Part shown: one piece after another, positions 28,440 through 42,048 of the stretch
Position numbering within the stretch: position 1 is the first letter of the stretch
Layout of the letters: each line of letters opens with the position of its first letter
NCBI RefSeq assembly: GCF_006345805.1
Contig: NW_021833035.1
Coordinates: forward strand, 1-64,000
Origin: Octopus sinensis
Lineage: Eukaryota
Length of the DNA: 64,000 nt
Direction: 5' to 3'
The notes under the pieces: generated by a model
What the model was told of the DNA's origin: nothing
The model's input: only the letters and a program-made list of their open reading frames with translations
Databases searched by the model: none
Made by a program: the position numbers and the translations under genes

Positions 28440-28605
28440 CACATCCATTCCATCAATGGAACTGTAAAAATCGGTAAAATTTTCCAGCAGTTTATCATTG
28501 AAATATATATGAGCATGTCTAGATATGCAACTATATGCCTGGGGATGCACACATACATACATACATACATACATACACACATACATACATACATACATAC
28601 ATACA

Positions 28606-28636
<31 letters not shown>

Positions 28637-28690
28637 CGAAAAACGAAAATACCCTGTTGTTGATGTTGAAATTTCAATGAAGGAGCCTTG
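28440..28690 (+). mobile_element. Short 3'-end fragment of the second Dong family embedded in (TACA)n; paralog at 30850-31140
   Basis: atccattccatcaatggaactgtaaaa...(TACA)n...accctgttgttgatgttgaaatttcaatga matches 54470-54730. Confidence 0.8.
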
Positions 28691-28699
28691 AATGTGTGT

Positions 28700-28960
28700 G
28701 CCTGTGAAGATACGTGGAATAGTGGTTAGGGTGCTTGGTCACAGGATCGTTAGATAATGAGTTCGATTCCCAGACCTAGCAGCGCATTGTCTCCTTGAGC
28801 ACAAGATTACATTTTACGTTATTCCAGATCATTCAACTGTAAATGAGTAACTCTGTGGCGGAACAACAACTCAGAGTGTCGTCATTCGAAAGCTAAAACA
28901 ATGCAAAGCGCATTGTGACCAGCGATGTATAACAACATTCAATAGTCTGGTCGGTTCTAT
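28700..28960 (+). mobile_element. SINE; paralog at 31240-31500
   Basis: gtagtggttagggtg...gttcgattcccagac tRNA-like head. Confidence 0.75.
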
Positions 28961-29404
28961 GATGTGCGCGTGCGTATGTGTGTGTGAGAGTCTATCATTT
29001 AATCTTCTTCCGCCAAGCTAAGGAGATTGTACGTCAATACGTCAATACCTTTAATATAAATATAAATAAATTAGTAAATTATATCTGGGTCATCTGATAT
29101 TCATTAATCGATACGAAGTTCTTATAATGATTATACTTCGTTAAGAAGATAGATTTAAACTAGTAACATCTAACTGACAGTCATTTCTACTTAGAAGACA
29201 GACAAGATGTTGCAGAGGAATTCTCTTCAAGTTATTTTACTCTTACTCTTTACTCTTTTACTTGTTTCAGTCATTTGACTGCGACCATGCTGGAGCAACG
29301 CCTTTAGTCGAGGAAATCGACCCCCAGGACTTATTCTTTGTAAGCCTAGTACTATTTTGTATATAAACTTTTTTTGTTTTTTTGTATAATTAATTTCTTT
29401 TTCC

Positions 29405-29605
29405 TAAAGGCACAAGGCCTGAAATTGGCCAAGGGGGCTAGTCGATCACATCTACACCTGTGTTTGACTGCTACTTAATTTATCAACGCCGAGAGGATGG
29501 AAGGCAAAGTCGACCACGGCGATATTTGAACTGAGAAAGTAGCAATGGGTGAAATACCGCTAAGCGTTTTGACCGGCGTACTCACGGTCCTTCCAACTCG
29601 CCGAC
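29405..29605 (-). mobile_element. SINE; related copies at 31805-32188 and 52940-53130
   Basis: ggcaaagtcgacc.cggcg.atttgaact...gaaataccgc; reverse orientation of 4516-4735. Confidence 0.75.
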
Positions 29606-29670
29606 TTTTTTGTTACATCTTTATATATAAAACACCGTTTGCACATACGAGCGTTTGTGCGTGTATTTCG

Positions 29671-29703
<33 letters not shown>

Positions 29704-30941
29704 CTTCCATGGTGTATTTACGTATTTCATTTAGAACTTTTTTTCCCGTTTGTTTGCTTGCAATTATATTTCCAGCAAATTTTCTAACGGAAGTCTGCAG
29801 TTTTACTTGTATCAAGGCACCAGTTATTCTACCCATTGAAAACCCTTCTCTGCCGCTCAGTCGGTCTATTTTTATACCCATCCTTGCCCCTCATTCATCC
29901 CTATTCCATTTATTGTTACACACATACACTCTACACACACACAGACTCTTTCACACACACACATGCACACACACGCACATGGACGATAATATTTTCAAAG
30001 AGTAGGGGTTGCGTTCCGGCCTCATAAACTGAATTTAGAATGGGAAAGGAGAGTCTAGAAGAGACCCCAAAACCTGGACGACCTGCAGCTTCGACGCCGG
30101 AGGAAAATATTGGTCGTGTTTTGCTGATGGGTGACAGGCGAATGTCTTTAAATCAAATATCCAATGCTGTTAGCATATACCGTGTGAGAGTTGCGAATAT
30201 TCTACACAATGAGATTGGCATGGCGATGGTTTCCGCTCATTGCTGCCTGTATCGCTGTGACGATGACACCATATCTGGTGCTGATGGAGTTCTTTGAACA
30301 ACACAGCATAAAAGCAACACCAGTGAAAGAAGTGTGGGGGCTTCAAGGGGTTCCATGTTGGGAAATAAAATTCATTTGGTTATATTCCATGAAAATAAAC
30401 TTATCAGCCTATGAACTTTTCAGCCGATCCTGGTATCATTGGTTTCTACAATTATTTTGCTATAAAACTATCGGTATTCTTGACAGCTTGTGTATGGTAT
30501 ATACATACATACATACATACATACATACATACATACATACATACATACATACATGCATATGCATACATACAAACATACATACACCATACATACATACATA
30601 CATACATACATACATACATACATACATACATACATACATACATACAGATATGAATACATACATACAGATATATATACATACATAAATACATACAAACATA
30701 CATATGCATACATACATATGCATACATACATACATACATACATACATACACACACCTTACATACTTACATACATATATACATACATACCTAAATGCATAC
30801 ATAAACACACCTTACATGCATACAAATCTGCATATATACATACATGCACGTATCCATTCCATCAATGGAACTGTAAAAATCTGTAAAATTTTCCAGAATT
30901 TATCATTTAAATATATGTGAGCGTGTCTAGATATGCAACTA

Positions 30942-31118
<177 letters not shown>

Positions 31119-32199
31119 TCAATGAATGACCCTTGAATCTGTAAGTGTGTGTGTGTGTGTTTGTGTGTGTGCGTGTGTGTGTGCGTGTGTGTGTGTTTGT
31201 GTGTGTGCGTGTGTGTGTGTTTGTGTGTGTGCGTGTGTGTGTGTGAAGGTACGTGGAGTAGTGGTTAGCGTGCTTGTTCACAGGATCGTTAGATAATGAG
31301 TTCAATTCCCAGACCTAGCAGCGCATTGTCTCCTTGAGCACAACATTTTAGGTTATTCTAGTTCATTCAACTGTAAATGAGTAACTCTGTGGCGGAACAA
31401 CCACTCAGAGTGTCGTCATTCGAAAGCAGAAAACAATGGAATGTTCATTGTGACCAGCGATGTATAACAAAATTCAATAGTCTGGTCGATTCTGTGATGT
31501 GCGCCCGTGCGTATGTGTGTGTGAGAGTATCATTTAATCTTCTTCCGCCAAGCTAAGTGGATTATACATCAATACGTCAATACCTTTTAATATAAATATA
31601 AATAAATTAGTAAATTATATCTGGGTCATCTGATAATGATTAATCGATACGAAGTTCATATAATGATTATACTTCGTTAAGAAGATAGATTTATACTAGT
31701 AACATCTCCAAATTGACAGTCATTTCTACTTAGAAAACAGACAAGATGTTGCAGTGGAATTATTTTGAATATAAACTTTTTTTGTTTAATTACACATTTC
31801 TACTAATGGCACAAGGCCTGAAATTGGCTAAGGGGACTAGTCGATCACATCTACACCTGTGTTTGACTGGTTCTTAATTTATCAACGCCGAGAGGATGGA
31901 AGACAAAGTCGACCTCGGATACATTTGATCTCAGAAAGTAGCAATGGGTGAAATACCTATTTCTTTACTACCCACAAGGGACTAACACAGAGGAGACAAA
32001 CAATACAGACAGACGTATCAAGTCGATTATTTCGACCCCAGTGCGTAACTGGTACTTAATTTTTAGTCCCCGAAAGGATGAAAGGCAAAGTCGACCTCGG
32101 TGGAATTTGAACTCATAACGTAACGGCAGACGAAATACCGCTAAGCATTTCGTCCGTCGTGCTCACGGTTCCACCAACTCGCCGCCTTTTTTTGTTACA

Positions 32200-34263
32200 T
32201 CAATATCTATAAAGCTGAAATGCGAAAAAGTTATTTGTCTCATTTTGGGATGGGAACAGTAGATGGAGTTGGATTGGCGCCAAAATTTACTGGGACATGT
32301 AAAAAGAGGCGAGGAAACGACTGGACTAGGTTAGACACCCCTATCTCAAAAGCTGTGGTTCTTAGGGCAACAAAACCCAAAGTTTTACAAGTGTTTGTCG
32401 TTTTTCTCTTTCGGATATGACTCTGTCTTCCTCGATCTCTTTCTTTCCTTCCTTTAAACTGCCAGCATGTTGCTGTACGCCGTTAAGAAGTTTTGAATGT
32501 CAGCCATGGTGAGTCTACTATCCTCAGGTTCTATCCCTTCAAACTTTGGTTTCCAATATCTTTTTTATTTTTATTCAGCTCGCATGTTCGTCTGTCCCTT
32601 TTAAATGTTAGTGTTTTGCTGTCCGCCTTGAAGCAGACCTTTCCGTTGTCACTGCCTGATATTTATGATGGATCTTTCAACATATTTTCTTTCTCAACTT
32701 ACTCAAAATCTTTTGTTCTTTATAAATGGCAGAGAGAGAGAGAGATAGATAGAGAAAGATAGAGAGTAAGAGAAAGCGAGGGAGATTCCGAGAGAAAGGA
32801 AGAGTAAGAGAGGGGGAAAGTGAGAGAGAAAGGAGAGAGAAACAAAGAGGGAGAATGTGGCGATAAGAAACAGAAAGGAAGCAACAGAAAGTAAAAACTA
32901 AAAAACTGAAATGCGAAAAGTTTGTTTGTCTCATTTTGCGATTGGAACGGTTTAAAGGGCACTCGATGGGGTCGGATTGGCTCCAAAATTTACAGGGACA
33001 TGTAAAAAGAGGCGAGGAAGTGAGTGGACTAGGTTAGAAATCCCTATCTCAAAAGCTGTGGTTATTAGGACAACAACACCCACACTTTGACAAGTGTTTG
33101 TCGTTTCCCTTTCACATATCACCCTGTCTTCCTCCGTCTCTCTCTTTCCTTCCTTTCTTCCACATTCTCTCTATAATGACGTTTGACAGCTTCGCCATCT
33201 CTCTGTCAATCTGTCTCCCACCACCTCTCTCATTGCACGTCTGTCTGTATAGAGAGAAAGTATTGACAGCCTCAAAAGTTTAAATATTTCCGTCACAGGT
33301 CTTTTAGAACTGTGAATTATTACGTTGATACAAATTGGATTTTTATGTGAAGCGGGGATGGAAGGGGATTAAAATTTACAGAAGGGGGTGTTTAGGAATT
33401 CTCTGTTACATCAAACTAAAAATTTTGCGCCAGCCTTCAAATCGTCAATGTGTTGCCATCCGTCATGAAGAAGTTTTGAATGCCTGCCATGGTGAGTCTA
33501 CTGTCGTGAGAAAGAATCGCTTCAAAACTTGGTGTTTAGGGATTTTCTTTTACATCAAGTTCAAAATTTTGCGCCAGCCGTTAAACTGCCAGTACGTTGA
33601 TGTACGTCGTTAAGAAGTTTTGAATGCGAAAAAGTTGTTTGATTTCTTGGTTATTTGTCTCATTTTGGGATGGGAACGGTAGATGGGGTCGGATTGGCGC
33701 CATAATTTACACTGGGGGGGGGGTTAAAATGGTGTGGGCAATGGTGTGAGGAGGGTTGTAAGTCGCTCGGGGTTACCGTTTGGGGAAAATTGAGTTTTAT
33801 GGGATAGACATGTTGCGCTGTTTGAATAATGGTGGCTTTTCGTGTTGCTGCAGGGGCTAGAGGCGGTTATCTTTAATCTAATCTATAAAATGAAGAAGGC
33901 GAACGTTGATACAAATTGGATTTTTATGTAAATGGGGCTGGAAGGGGATCCAAATTTACAGGAGCGGGTAACTTGAGGTGAGAAATTGATTGGGAGATGT
34001 TTTGGGGGGCTACAGTGGTTGCTTTGCTGTGAAAACGGGGATTTTATTGATTTTTGGGAACACTTGGGGATCTAGATTGGACACCTTTTGCCCGATTTCA
34101 ATCAAATTTTCAACATGGTAAAGTGGAAGCGGATTTGTAATTTAAGCGCAGAAAAAGGGTTCGAAATTTTGAAAATTAAGGTAAGATTTAAGAAACAGAA
34201 AGGAAGTTACAGACAGTAACAACCACACCCTCACCCGCTCTACGCGCGGGTCACCTTAAGCTA

Positions 34264-34264
<1 letters not shown>
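32200..34264 (+). mobile_element. Composite non-autonomous Helitron-like element with internal repeats
   Basis: 3' hairpin acccgc/gcgggt (34233-34251) then CTAG|T; 5' TC..TCTATAAA; internal repeats 32215/32905/33620 and 33320/33900. Confidence 0.65.
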
Positions 34265-34302
<38 letters not shown>

Positions 34303-37126
34303 AGCGTTTACATGTATGTGTGTTTGTGCGTGTGGTTCGTTGTGAGTGTGCGTGTGTATGTGTGAGTGGGGGGGGGTAAACTTCCATTGTGCATTTACGT
34401 ATTTCATTTAGAAGTTTTTCTGTTTTGTTTGCTTGCAATTATATTTCCCACAAATTTTGTGACGGAAGTCTGCAGTTTTACTTGTATCAAAGTACTAGTT
34501 ATTCTACCCTTTTAAAACTCTTCTCTGCCGCTCAGTCGGTCTATTTTTATACCTACCCTCATTTTATACATACCCTCATTCATCCCTATTCTATTTATTG
34601 TTACACACATATACACTACACACACACATAAACTCACACAAGTACACACAAACACACTCTGTTTCACATACACTCACACCCACATGGACAATGATATTCT
34701 CAAAGAGTAGGGGTTGCGTTCCAGCCTCATCAACGGTGCAAAAGTACGCAACTGAATTTAGGATAGGAAAGGAGAGGCTTGAAGAGACCCAAAAACCTGG
34801 ACGACCTGCAGCTTCGAAGCCGGAGGAAAATATTGGTTGTATTCTGCTGATGGGTGACAGGCGATTGTCTTTAAATCAAATATCCAATGCTGTTAGCATA
34901 TCCTGTGTGAGAGTTGAGAATATTCCACACTATTAGATTGGCATGGCGATGGTTTCCGCTCATTTGTGCCCGTATCGCTGCGACGATGACACCATATCTA
35001 GTGCTGATGGAGTTTTTTCACCAACAGCATGAAAGCTACCAAACACTGCAACATCAATGAAAGAAGTGTCTAGGCTTCACGGGGTCCCATGTTGGAAAAT
35101 AAAACTCATTTTGTTATACTCATCAAAATTAAACTTTTCAGTGTGTGTGTGTGTGTGTGTGCGTGTGTGAGTGTGTATGTTCCTCATGCATTCAAAAACT
35201 GACTTCCCATTTTGATGTATGTGGTATCAAAAGATTCAGTAATCTTTCGGCTACCAAATAAACTTTATTTTCATTTACATATTCGCATGACAAAAATTTA
35301 TCATTATAATTTTTTTTTGTCGCCTATCTTAAACTGTATTTTGTACCACCTCGCAACGGCGACGACGTTACATTTTCTGTATACTTTTGTTTACGCTTTC
35401 GTTACGTTCGTTAGGCCGATGACCGAGAAATATATGTGTATGACGGTGTATGGATCTGTCAATACACGTACATTTTTGTTACGGCTAACACACACATACA
35501 CACATCTAAAGACAGAGACAGACACATAGAGAGACAGAGATAGTCCTGAGATGTTCGTGAATGTATGCCTGTGTGTGTCTTAGTATATTATGTGACCGTA
35601 CCGCCCAACAGTGAAAGGCACCGATTTTGAAAGAGTTTAGTTTAGTTGCGGCCTGGTCGTTGAACGAACAACATCGTTTACTTTAAAGTACCACTGTTTG
35701 AATTTTCCTTTTCATCATGGAGATTTGCGGTTTAAACAGCATTGACGATTATCACTACCTATGTGCTGAAATATTATTCTGGCTTTTATTACTAACATGA
35801 AGATTTGGCTGATTTGACAGCACTCACAATACTCGCAAATATATCTGAAAAACAAATGTTATTCTGGATATTATAGCAAATTCGGAAACTAGGCGAATGG
35901 AAAGCCTTAGCGACTCTTTCAATATAATTACAAAAATGTTATTCCACTCCTTATAACCAGTTTGAAGATAATGCATTTTTAACAGTCCTTGCGTCCTTGT
36001 AGTATTCCAGCTATGCTATTTTATCACTGTGAGTATTCGACGCCGCACAACCATTTTACTGCTTTAGTCACTTTTTATTCTACAGCCTATAACATTACCC
36101 AGTTAAAATATATAGTGATGTCAAATTAATTCATGCCTTGCTACATACATCGTTCATCAAATGTTTTAAATTAATTAACGTTCACAACAGCAACATATTC
36201 CTTTGTTCAGCTTTGTTCAAAATTGTAAAATAATAAATTATTTTTGTATGAAAAATTGAATTATGCTTTCTGAATTTTCTTAGAGCTTCACTTTCTTCAC
36301 CGTGACATTGATTCAGTCCTGGATTTTATAACATTTTATACATGTTCCAAATAAATGTTAACTTTCATTACTTTGTTACATTGGCGATGCATAGTAACTT
36401 TTGGTAAATTGGTAATTTTCCAACGCTAGAATATTTATTTTGGAAATATTACCTAAAAAATTTTTATAGCATAACTATGCTACAGGAGGTGCACCCCTAG
36501 GTCGGGTTGAACAGTTTTGAGGTCAATTTCGGGCAATATTTTGATTTCCTTCCAATGTTTGACTTTCATCCGGTGTTTCACGCATACATTGAATTCTATT
36601 CAGGCAAACATTTATAAAAATGTACACATAAATATTGTATTAAAATAAGCCACAACCAAAACATTTCGTTAAAATACATCCATTTCTCTATATGTTATGA
36701 GGAAATACAGTCACTCTCTCTCTCTCACGAACAAAAAAGTTGCATGCATATGTATTTATGTATGTGTATATGAAAGATAATGTGTGAGAGAGAGAGTGAG
36801 TGCCACTTACAGATACATGAAAAAATTCATACCTTACAACATACCATCATTCATTTACTCTCTCTCTCCCTCACACACACGCACGCGCGCGCGTCCATAC
36901 ATCTTTCACTTTCTCTTCTCTTTCAATTTATGCTCTCTTCAAGGTATAAAGCAATAAAAAATATTTTACCGAAACTAATGAGCAATCATATGATCTCATA
37001 TAATCGACCGTATGACCGAGTTGACAACTTTGCTACTTCAAACAAAAGAATGCCATAAAATAACTTCCTTTGGCATACACATGCACACATACACACATAT
37101 ATGCTCACACATGCACACATACATAC

Positions 37127-37178
<52 letters not shown>

Positions 37179-37239
37179 CACACACACACACACACACGGT
37201 AAAACTTCTGCACGGATTATGTTATTTCTTGCTGTGTGC

Positions 37240-38343
37240 ACGCGCAAATTTACAGCTCAAAAATCCAATTGAAATGATCTTTTTCTATTCTGTAATCTGT
37301 GTCTGTGATGGGTATATTTAAAAACCTGATCTTCGATAAAAACTTACAAAGGAACTTTCCCCGAAAATCCTGCCCTTTACCTCATGTTTCTAGCATGTCC
37401 GAGGTGTCATTTGCGCCCTGCACCCTTGTTTTTTTTTCCTAAATTTCTTCCCATTCCTATGTTTTCGATACAGGAGATTAGGACTTCACCCACAAAACAC
37501 GTTCTCAATATTTTAATTTTCTCCCTTCCCACCCCAAATTCTTCATTTCTTTAAACTTTTTCTAAATTCTTTTCTTGGTAATCCATGAAAAAAAACAGAG
37601 ATTACGAATCTAAGAATTTTCTTCTTCCTTCTTTCTTAAAGAAACACTAAAATTTTCCCGAACAGCCATCCATCACCTCACCACTTTCAAAATTCTACAA
37701 ACTCCCTATGTTTCACTTTTAGCTTTTTGGAAAGCGAGGAATATTCTTCAAAAATAATGTTGTTTACCTGTTGTTTCTAGCATGCTGGGTTTTCTGGTGG
37801 TGTCTGGTATATTTTATGTCTGCTGTTTCAGTGCATTTCTACGTATGCGTGAAACATCAGACGAAAGTGAAACACTGGGTAATTTCAGCTTTTTGAAAGC
37901 GGGTAGGTGATGGGTGGGCGTGGTGGGGGAAGGAGCACTGAGTGTTTCTTTATGAAAATTAAACTTTAAAAATATATTTCCCAGATTTGTAATCTCTGTA
38001 TTTTACTACGTGGATAAAAAAACAAAAATTCGAAAGAAAGTTACGAATTAAGAAATTGCAATGGGGACGGTGGGTGTTGCAGATTAAAATTTTACAAACA
38101 TGATTTCTGGGCAAAATCATATTAACCCTCTTTTATACGTAGAAGCAATATATAGTTTGTGATCCTTCTTAAGGACAGAAAGCACTTTCATACACCCTCC
38201 CCCTTCACTTTAAACAAAAAATAACTTTCATTACGCTAGTCATCCAGTTCACTGTATATCAGCTGTACCGATTCTGCCTATAAGAAAGGAACAAATAATA
38301 CATCGTTCATAGCAGCCGTGCAATGCCGGCATGCATTGGTAGT
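37240..38343 (+). mobile_element. Possible non-autonomous Helitron-like element
   Basis: Degenerate 3' GC hairpin gccgtgcaatgccggc followed by GTAGT; 5' boundary uncertain. Confidence 0.35.
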
Positions 38344-38408
38344 GATTAATATATTGTTTTTAGTTATTTAAGAATTTAGCCAGCACGACTACACAGAGAC
38401 ACACATTC

Positions 38409-38510
38409 TATACATACATACATACATACATACATACATACATACATTCATACATACATACATTCATACATACATACATACATTCATACATACATACATA
38501 CATACATACA

Positions 38511-38541
<31 letters not shown>

Positions 38542-38610
38542 GTACATATGTACATACATACGTACATACATACATACATACATACATACATACATACATA
38601 CATACATACA

Positions 38611-38641
<31 letters not shown>

Positions 38642-38674
38642 GTACATATGTACATACATACATACGTACATACA

Positions 38675-38705
<31 letters not shown>

Positions 38706-38806
38706 GTACATACATATATACATACATACATACATACGTACATACATACATATGTACATATGTACATACATACATACGTACATACATACATACATACATA
38801 CATACG
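38409..38806. repeat. About 400-bp (TACA)n array with recurring variants (TGTACATA, TACG)
   Basis: Direct reading. Confidence 0.95.
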
Positions 38807-40294
38807 TGAGAGGGGATCCCCAAAAGTAACCAGAAACGGTCTCTGTGGGGCAAGCCAGTTGTAGTTCAGTCTTTCGCTGCTAGAAGGCACTTGATGCGAC
38901 GCTTAGGCACCAGTCTGCGACCAGCGGCGTTGGATTAAGTAGTAATGTCACGTGGTCTGTCTTTGTTTTGCAGTGTTTCTTCCCTGTTCGTCGATATTTG
39001 CGATGGCTGAAACGAAGGAACAACGTGTTTCTGTGAAATTTTGTTCTTTATTGGGGAAAGCGGCGAGCGAAAGAGTTGTCATGCTGCAAACAGTTTACAA
39101 GGACGCTGTCATGAGCAAATCACAAGTTTACGAGTTGTTTTCACGCTTTAGGAGTGGTCACTTGTCGCTTGAAAATCAACCTCGTTCGTGGCGACCATCG
39201 ACCACCCGAACGAATGAAAACGTCACGAAAATACATGAACTGATCTTAGGGGACCGTCACTGAATGATTGATGAACTTGTTGATATGACTGATGTTTCTT
39301 GGAGATCTTGCCAACGAATTTTGAGCGAGGAATTGCGAATGAAAAGAGTTGCAGCCAAATGTGTGCCTCACTTGCTCACGTAAGAATAAAAGTAGTCACG
39401 ACTAAATGGGTATCGTGAACTGAAACAACTGTTGGATGGTGATCCGGACCTTTTTTCGAAGGTCATTACTGGTGGTGAAAGCTGGTGCTACGAATACAAC
39501 CCGGATACGAAGCAGCAATCAAGTCAATTGAAGCATTCAATGTCACCACGCTCCCCAAAGTGCATCAAGTGAAGTCCAGTGTCAAGATGATGCTGACTTG
39601 TTTCTTCGATGAGAAAGGAATTGTCCACACAGAATTTGTTCCTCCAGGTCAAACTATTAACCTAGCATTTTACTTGGAAGTTCTGAAACGTTTGCGAAAT
39701 GTGGTGAGACGAAAACGCCCCAACTTGTGGAAAAGAGTGATGGTTTCATCACGACGATGCGCCTGCGCACAAAACCTTAAGTGTAAGACAGTTTTTGACC
39801 GAATTGACGTGGTGATATTGAATGCTTCATTTGACTTGATTGTTGTTTTGTATCCGTGTCGTAGTCGTAGCATTAGCTTTCATCACCAGTGATGGCCTCC
39901 GAAAAAAGTCCGGATCACCAGCCAACAGTTTGTTTCTGTTCAGGATACGCTTTCAGTCGTGACTGCTTTTATTCTTCCGTGAGCAAGTGAGACACAAATT
40001 TTGCTACAACGCTATTCATTCGCAATTCCTCACTCAAAATTCTTGTCCTGTCCACCCCGAATGCAAAGCGTCCTTAGAGGAAAACGTTTTACAGATGTGA
40101 AAGAGATGAAGAAAAGAAAAACGACGGAGGCGTTAAAAGGAGTTTAAAGATTGCTTTGAACAGTGGAAAACGCGTCTGGACCGATGCATTGCTTCAAATG
40201 GAGAATACTTTGAAGGCGATAAAAGTGTAAACATGTAAATCGAAGTGAATAAAATAATATTGCAAAATTCCGGTTTCTTTTGGGTACCCCTGGG
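38805..40294 (+). mobile_element. Mariner, degraded, with an inverted internal segment
   Basis: Degenerate TIRs (ggggatccccaaaagtaacc / ggtttcttttgggtacccc); MAETKEQRVSVKFC, VKMMLTCFFDEKGIVH. Confidence 0.85.
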
Positions 40295-40333
40295 AAGGCA
40301 TACATACATACATACACACACATGTATGTATGT

Positions 40334-40371
<38 letters not shown>

Positions 40372-40424
40372 ATATATATTATATATATATATATAATATA
40401 TATATATATATACATATATATATT

Positions 40425-40915
40425 AAATTAGAGATAAAACCACCATTAGGCAAATCTAATTTAATATAAATATATATATTGTTATATTTCGGAATGGTCA
40501 TTTCACTAAATAAACATAGACTCATATAGAGATATAAGCATACGCAAATGAAGACACATACAATAGAAATACAAAATGGCGGACGGTTAGTAAGGAGAGA
40601 CACAATTAAGAAAGAAAAAAGCAAAGGACCACTGATGCAGTCACAGGAGTGTGACGAAAGAACTCTGGCCGAAATAAGATTAAAATTAATGTAAAAAATA
40701 AATAACACTGAAGCAAAATAACACCAAATATATAGTGCGTGTGTTTTTATTGGCTAAACTGGCAGAATGACCATTCCGAAATATAACAATATATGTTTCA
40801 ACACACGACTTCACATAAAAAATCTTGCACAACAAATATAAATATATATATTTATACTGTAAAATTGGATTTAATCCTAGATCTAATTTTTCCCTGTAAG
40901 TTTGGATTTACTCCC
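40425..40915. mobile_element. PLE-type LTR fragment with a 29-bp inverted repeat
   Basis: atatattgttatatttcggaatggtcatt (about 40474-40502) / aatgaccattccgaaatataacaatatat (about 40766-40794); hammerhead-like motif between them. Confidence 0.55.
40626..40670 (+). ncRNA. Variant hammerhead-like motif (CUGAUGCA core)
   Basis: ggacca CTGATGcA gtcac aggagt gtgac GAAA g aa c TC tggcc; one extra C in the core. Confidence 0.4.
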
Positions 40916-40919
40916 TAAT

Positions 40920-40950
<31 letters not shown>

Positions 40951-40965
40951 TTTTTATTATTATTT

Positions 40966-41005
<40 letters not shown>

Positions 41006-41531
41006 TAATATATATATATATATATAATATATATATATATATATGTATGTATGTATATGTATATATGTATGTATGTATATATATATAATGAGGGTGATAA
41101 ATTGAATATTAATTTAATTAATATTAATTTAAAACCAGTAACCTAGCATATAGAAAAATCTGAAAATTCAGAAAAATTGTAATACATGCGCATAATAAGG
41201 ATGACCACTAAGTGGGCATCCAATATGCTAGAAGATCACCTACGATCTAACTACAAAGAAAAGAATGTTCTCTAGAGAAATTCAGCAAACACCAGAACAT
41301 TAGCGGGTAAGACAGATGAAAATATACAAAATACAGAATTAATCGTTGACCGATTTCGTCATCAACGATTTTACTTATGTAATCATCGTTCGTGGACTCT
41401 TCAGTACGATCGTTCCAATTCAATATAATTTGTAGAACTATACACTAGTTGTCCTTATAAAATTATACGTTGTCCTTATAAAATTAAACATTACAAATCG
41501 TATACAATATTATTATTGGGAAAAATTCGAA

Positions 41532-41587
41532 GTCTTACAGCTGTTTCTGGGATATCTCCGAGTATGGGATATTCTATCATCAGAGAC
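41532..41587 (-). ncRNA. Minimal type I hammerhead ribozyme
   Basis: Minus strand: gtct CTGATGA [stem II with 3 mismatches] GAAA C agct G TA agac; palindromic stem III, GUA site. Confidence 0.7.
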
Positions 41588-42048
41588 AAATAGGGAAAAA
41601 TAGGGAAAATGAAAATGGAATATATTAATGAGATGAAGTCATAGAGGAAGGGAGTAAAGGAATAAGGAGATGGAGAGGGAAAAGAAGAAAGAAGCATAAA
41701 AGTTCATTGTTCAACTTTCTGATGTTATAGAAAAAGAGCATACTCGGGGATATCCCAGAAACAGCTGTAAGACTGAATTTTTTCCAATAATAATATTGTA
41801 TACGACTTGAAATTTTTGCCTTGCCTTAATGTTTGTTGTCCGCTTTAACAAGCGCGTTGTTTATTTGTGTGTGTTTGAGTATGTGTGTGTGTGTCTTTAT
41901 GTATCTTTCCCCCACCCCATCACCGCTTGAAACCAATGTTGATGCGTCATCGTAACTTAGCAGTTCGACAAAAGCGACCCGATAGAATAAGCTCTAGACT
42001 TACTAATGATAAGTCCTGGGGTCGATTGCTTAGACTAAAATCCTTTAA

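Noticed and set aside
29111-29143. loxP-like half sites (ATACGAAGTT...ACTTCGT) in the four-copy module
   Set aside because: Arms are in inside-out order with the wrong spacer, and are degraded in the 44 and 59 kb copies; chance resemblance.
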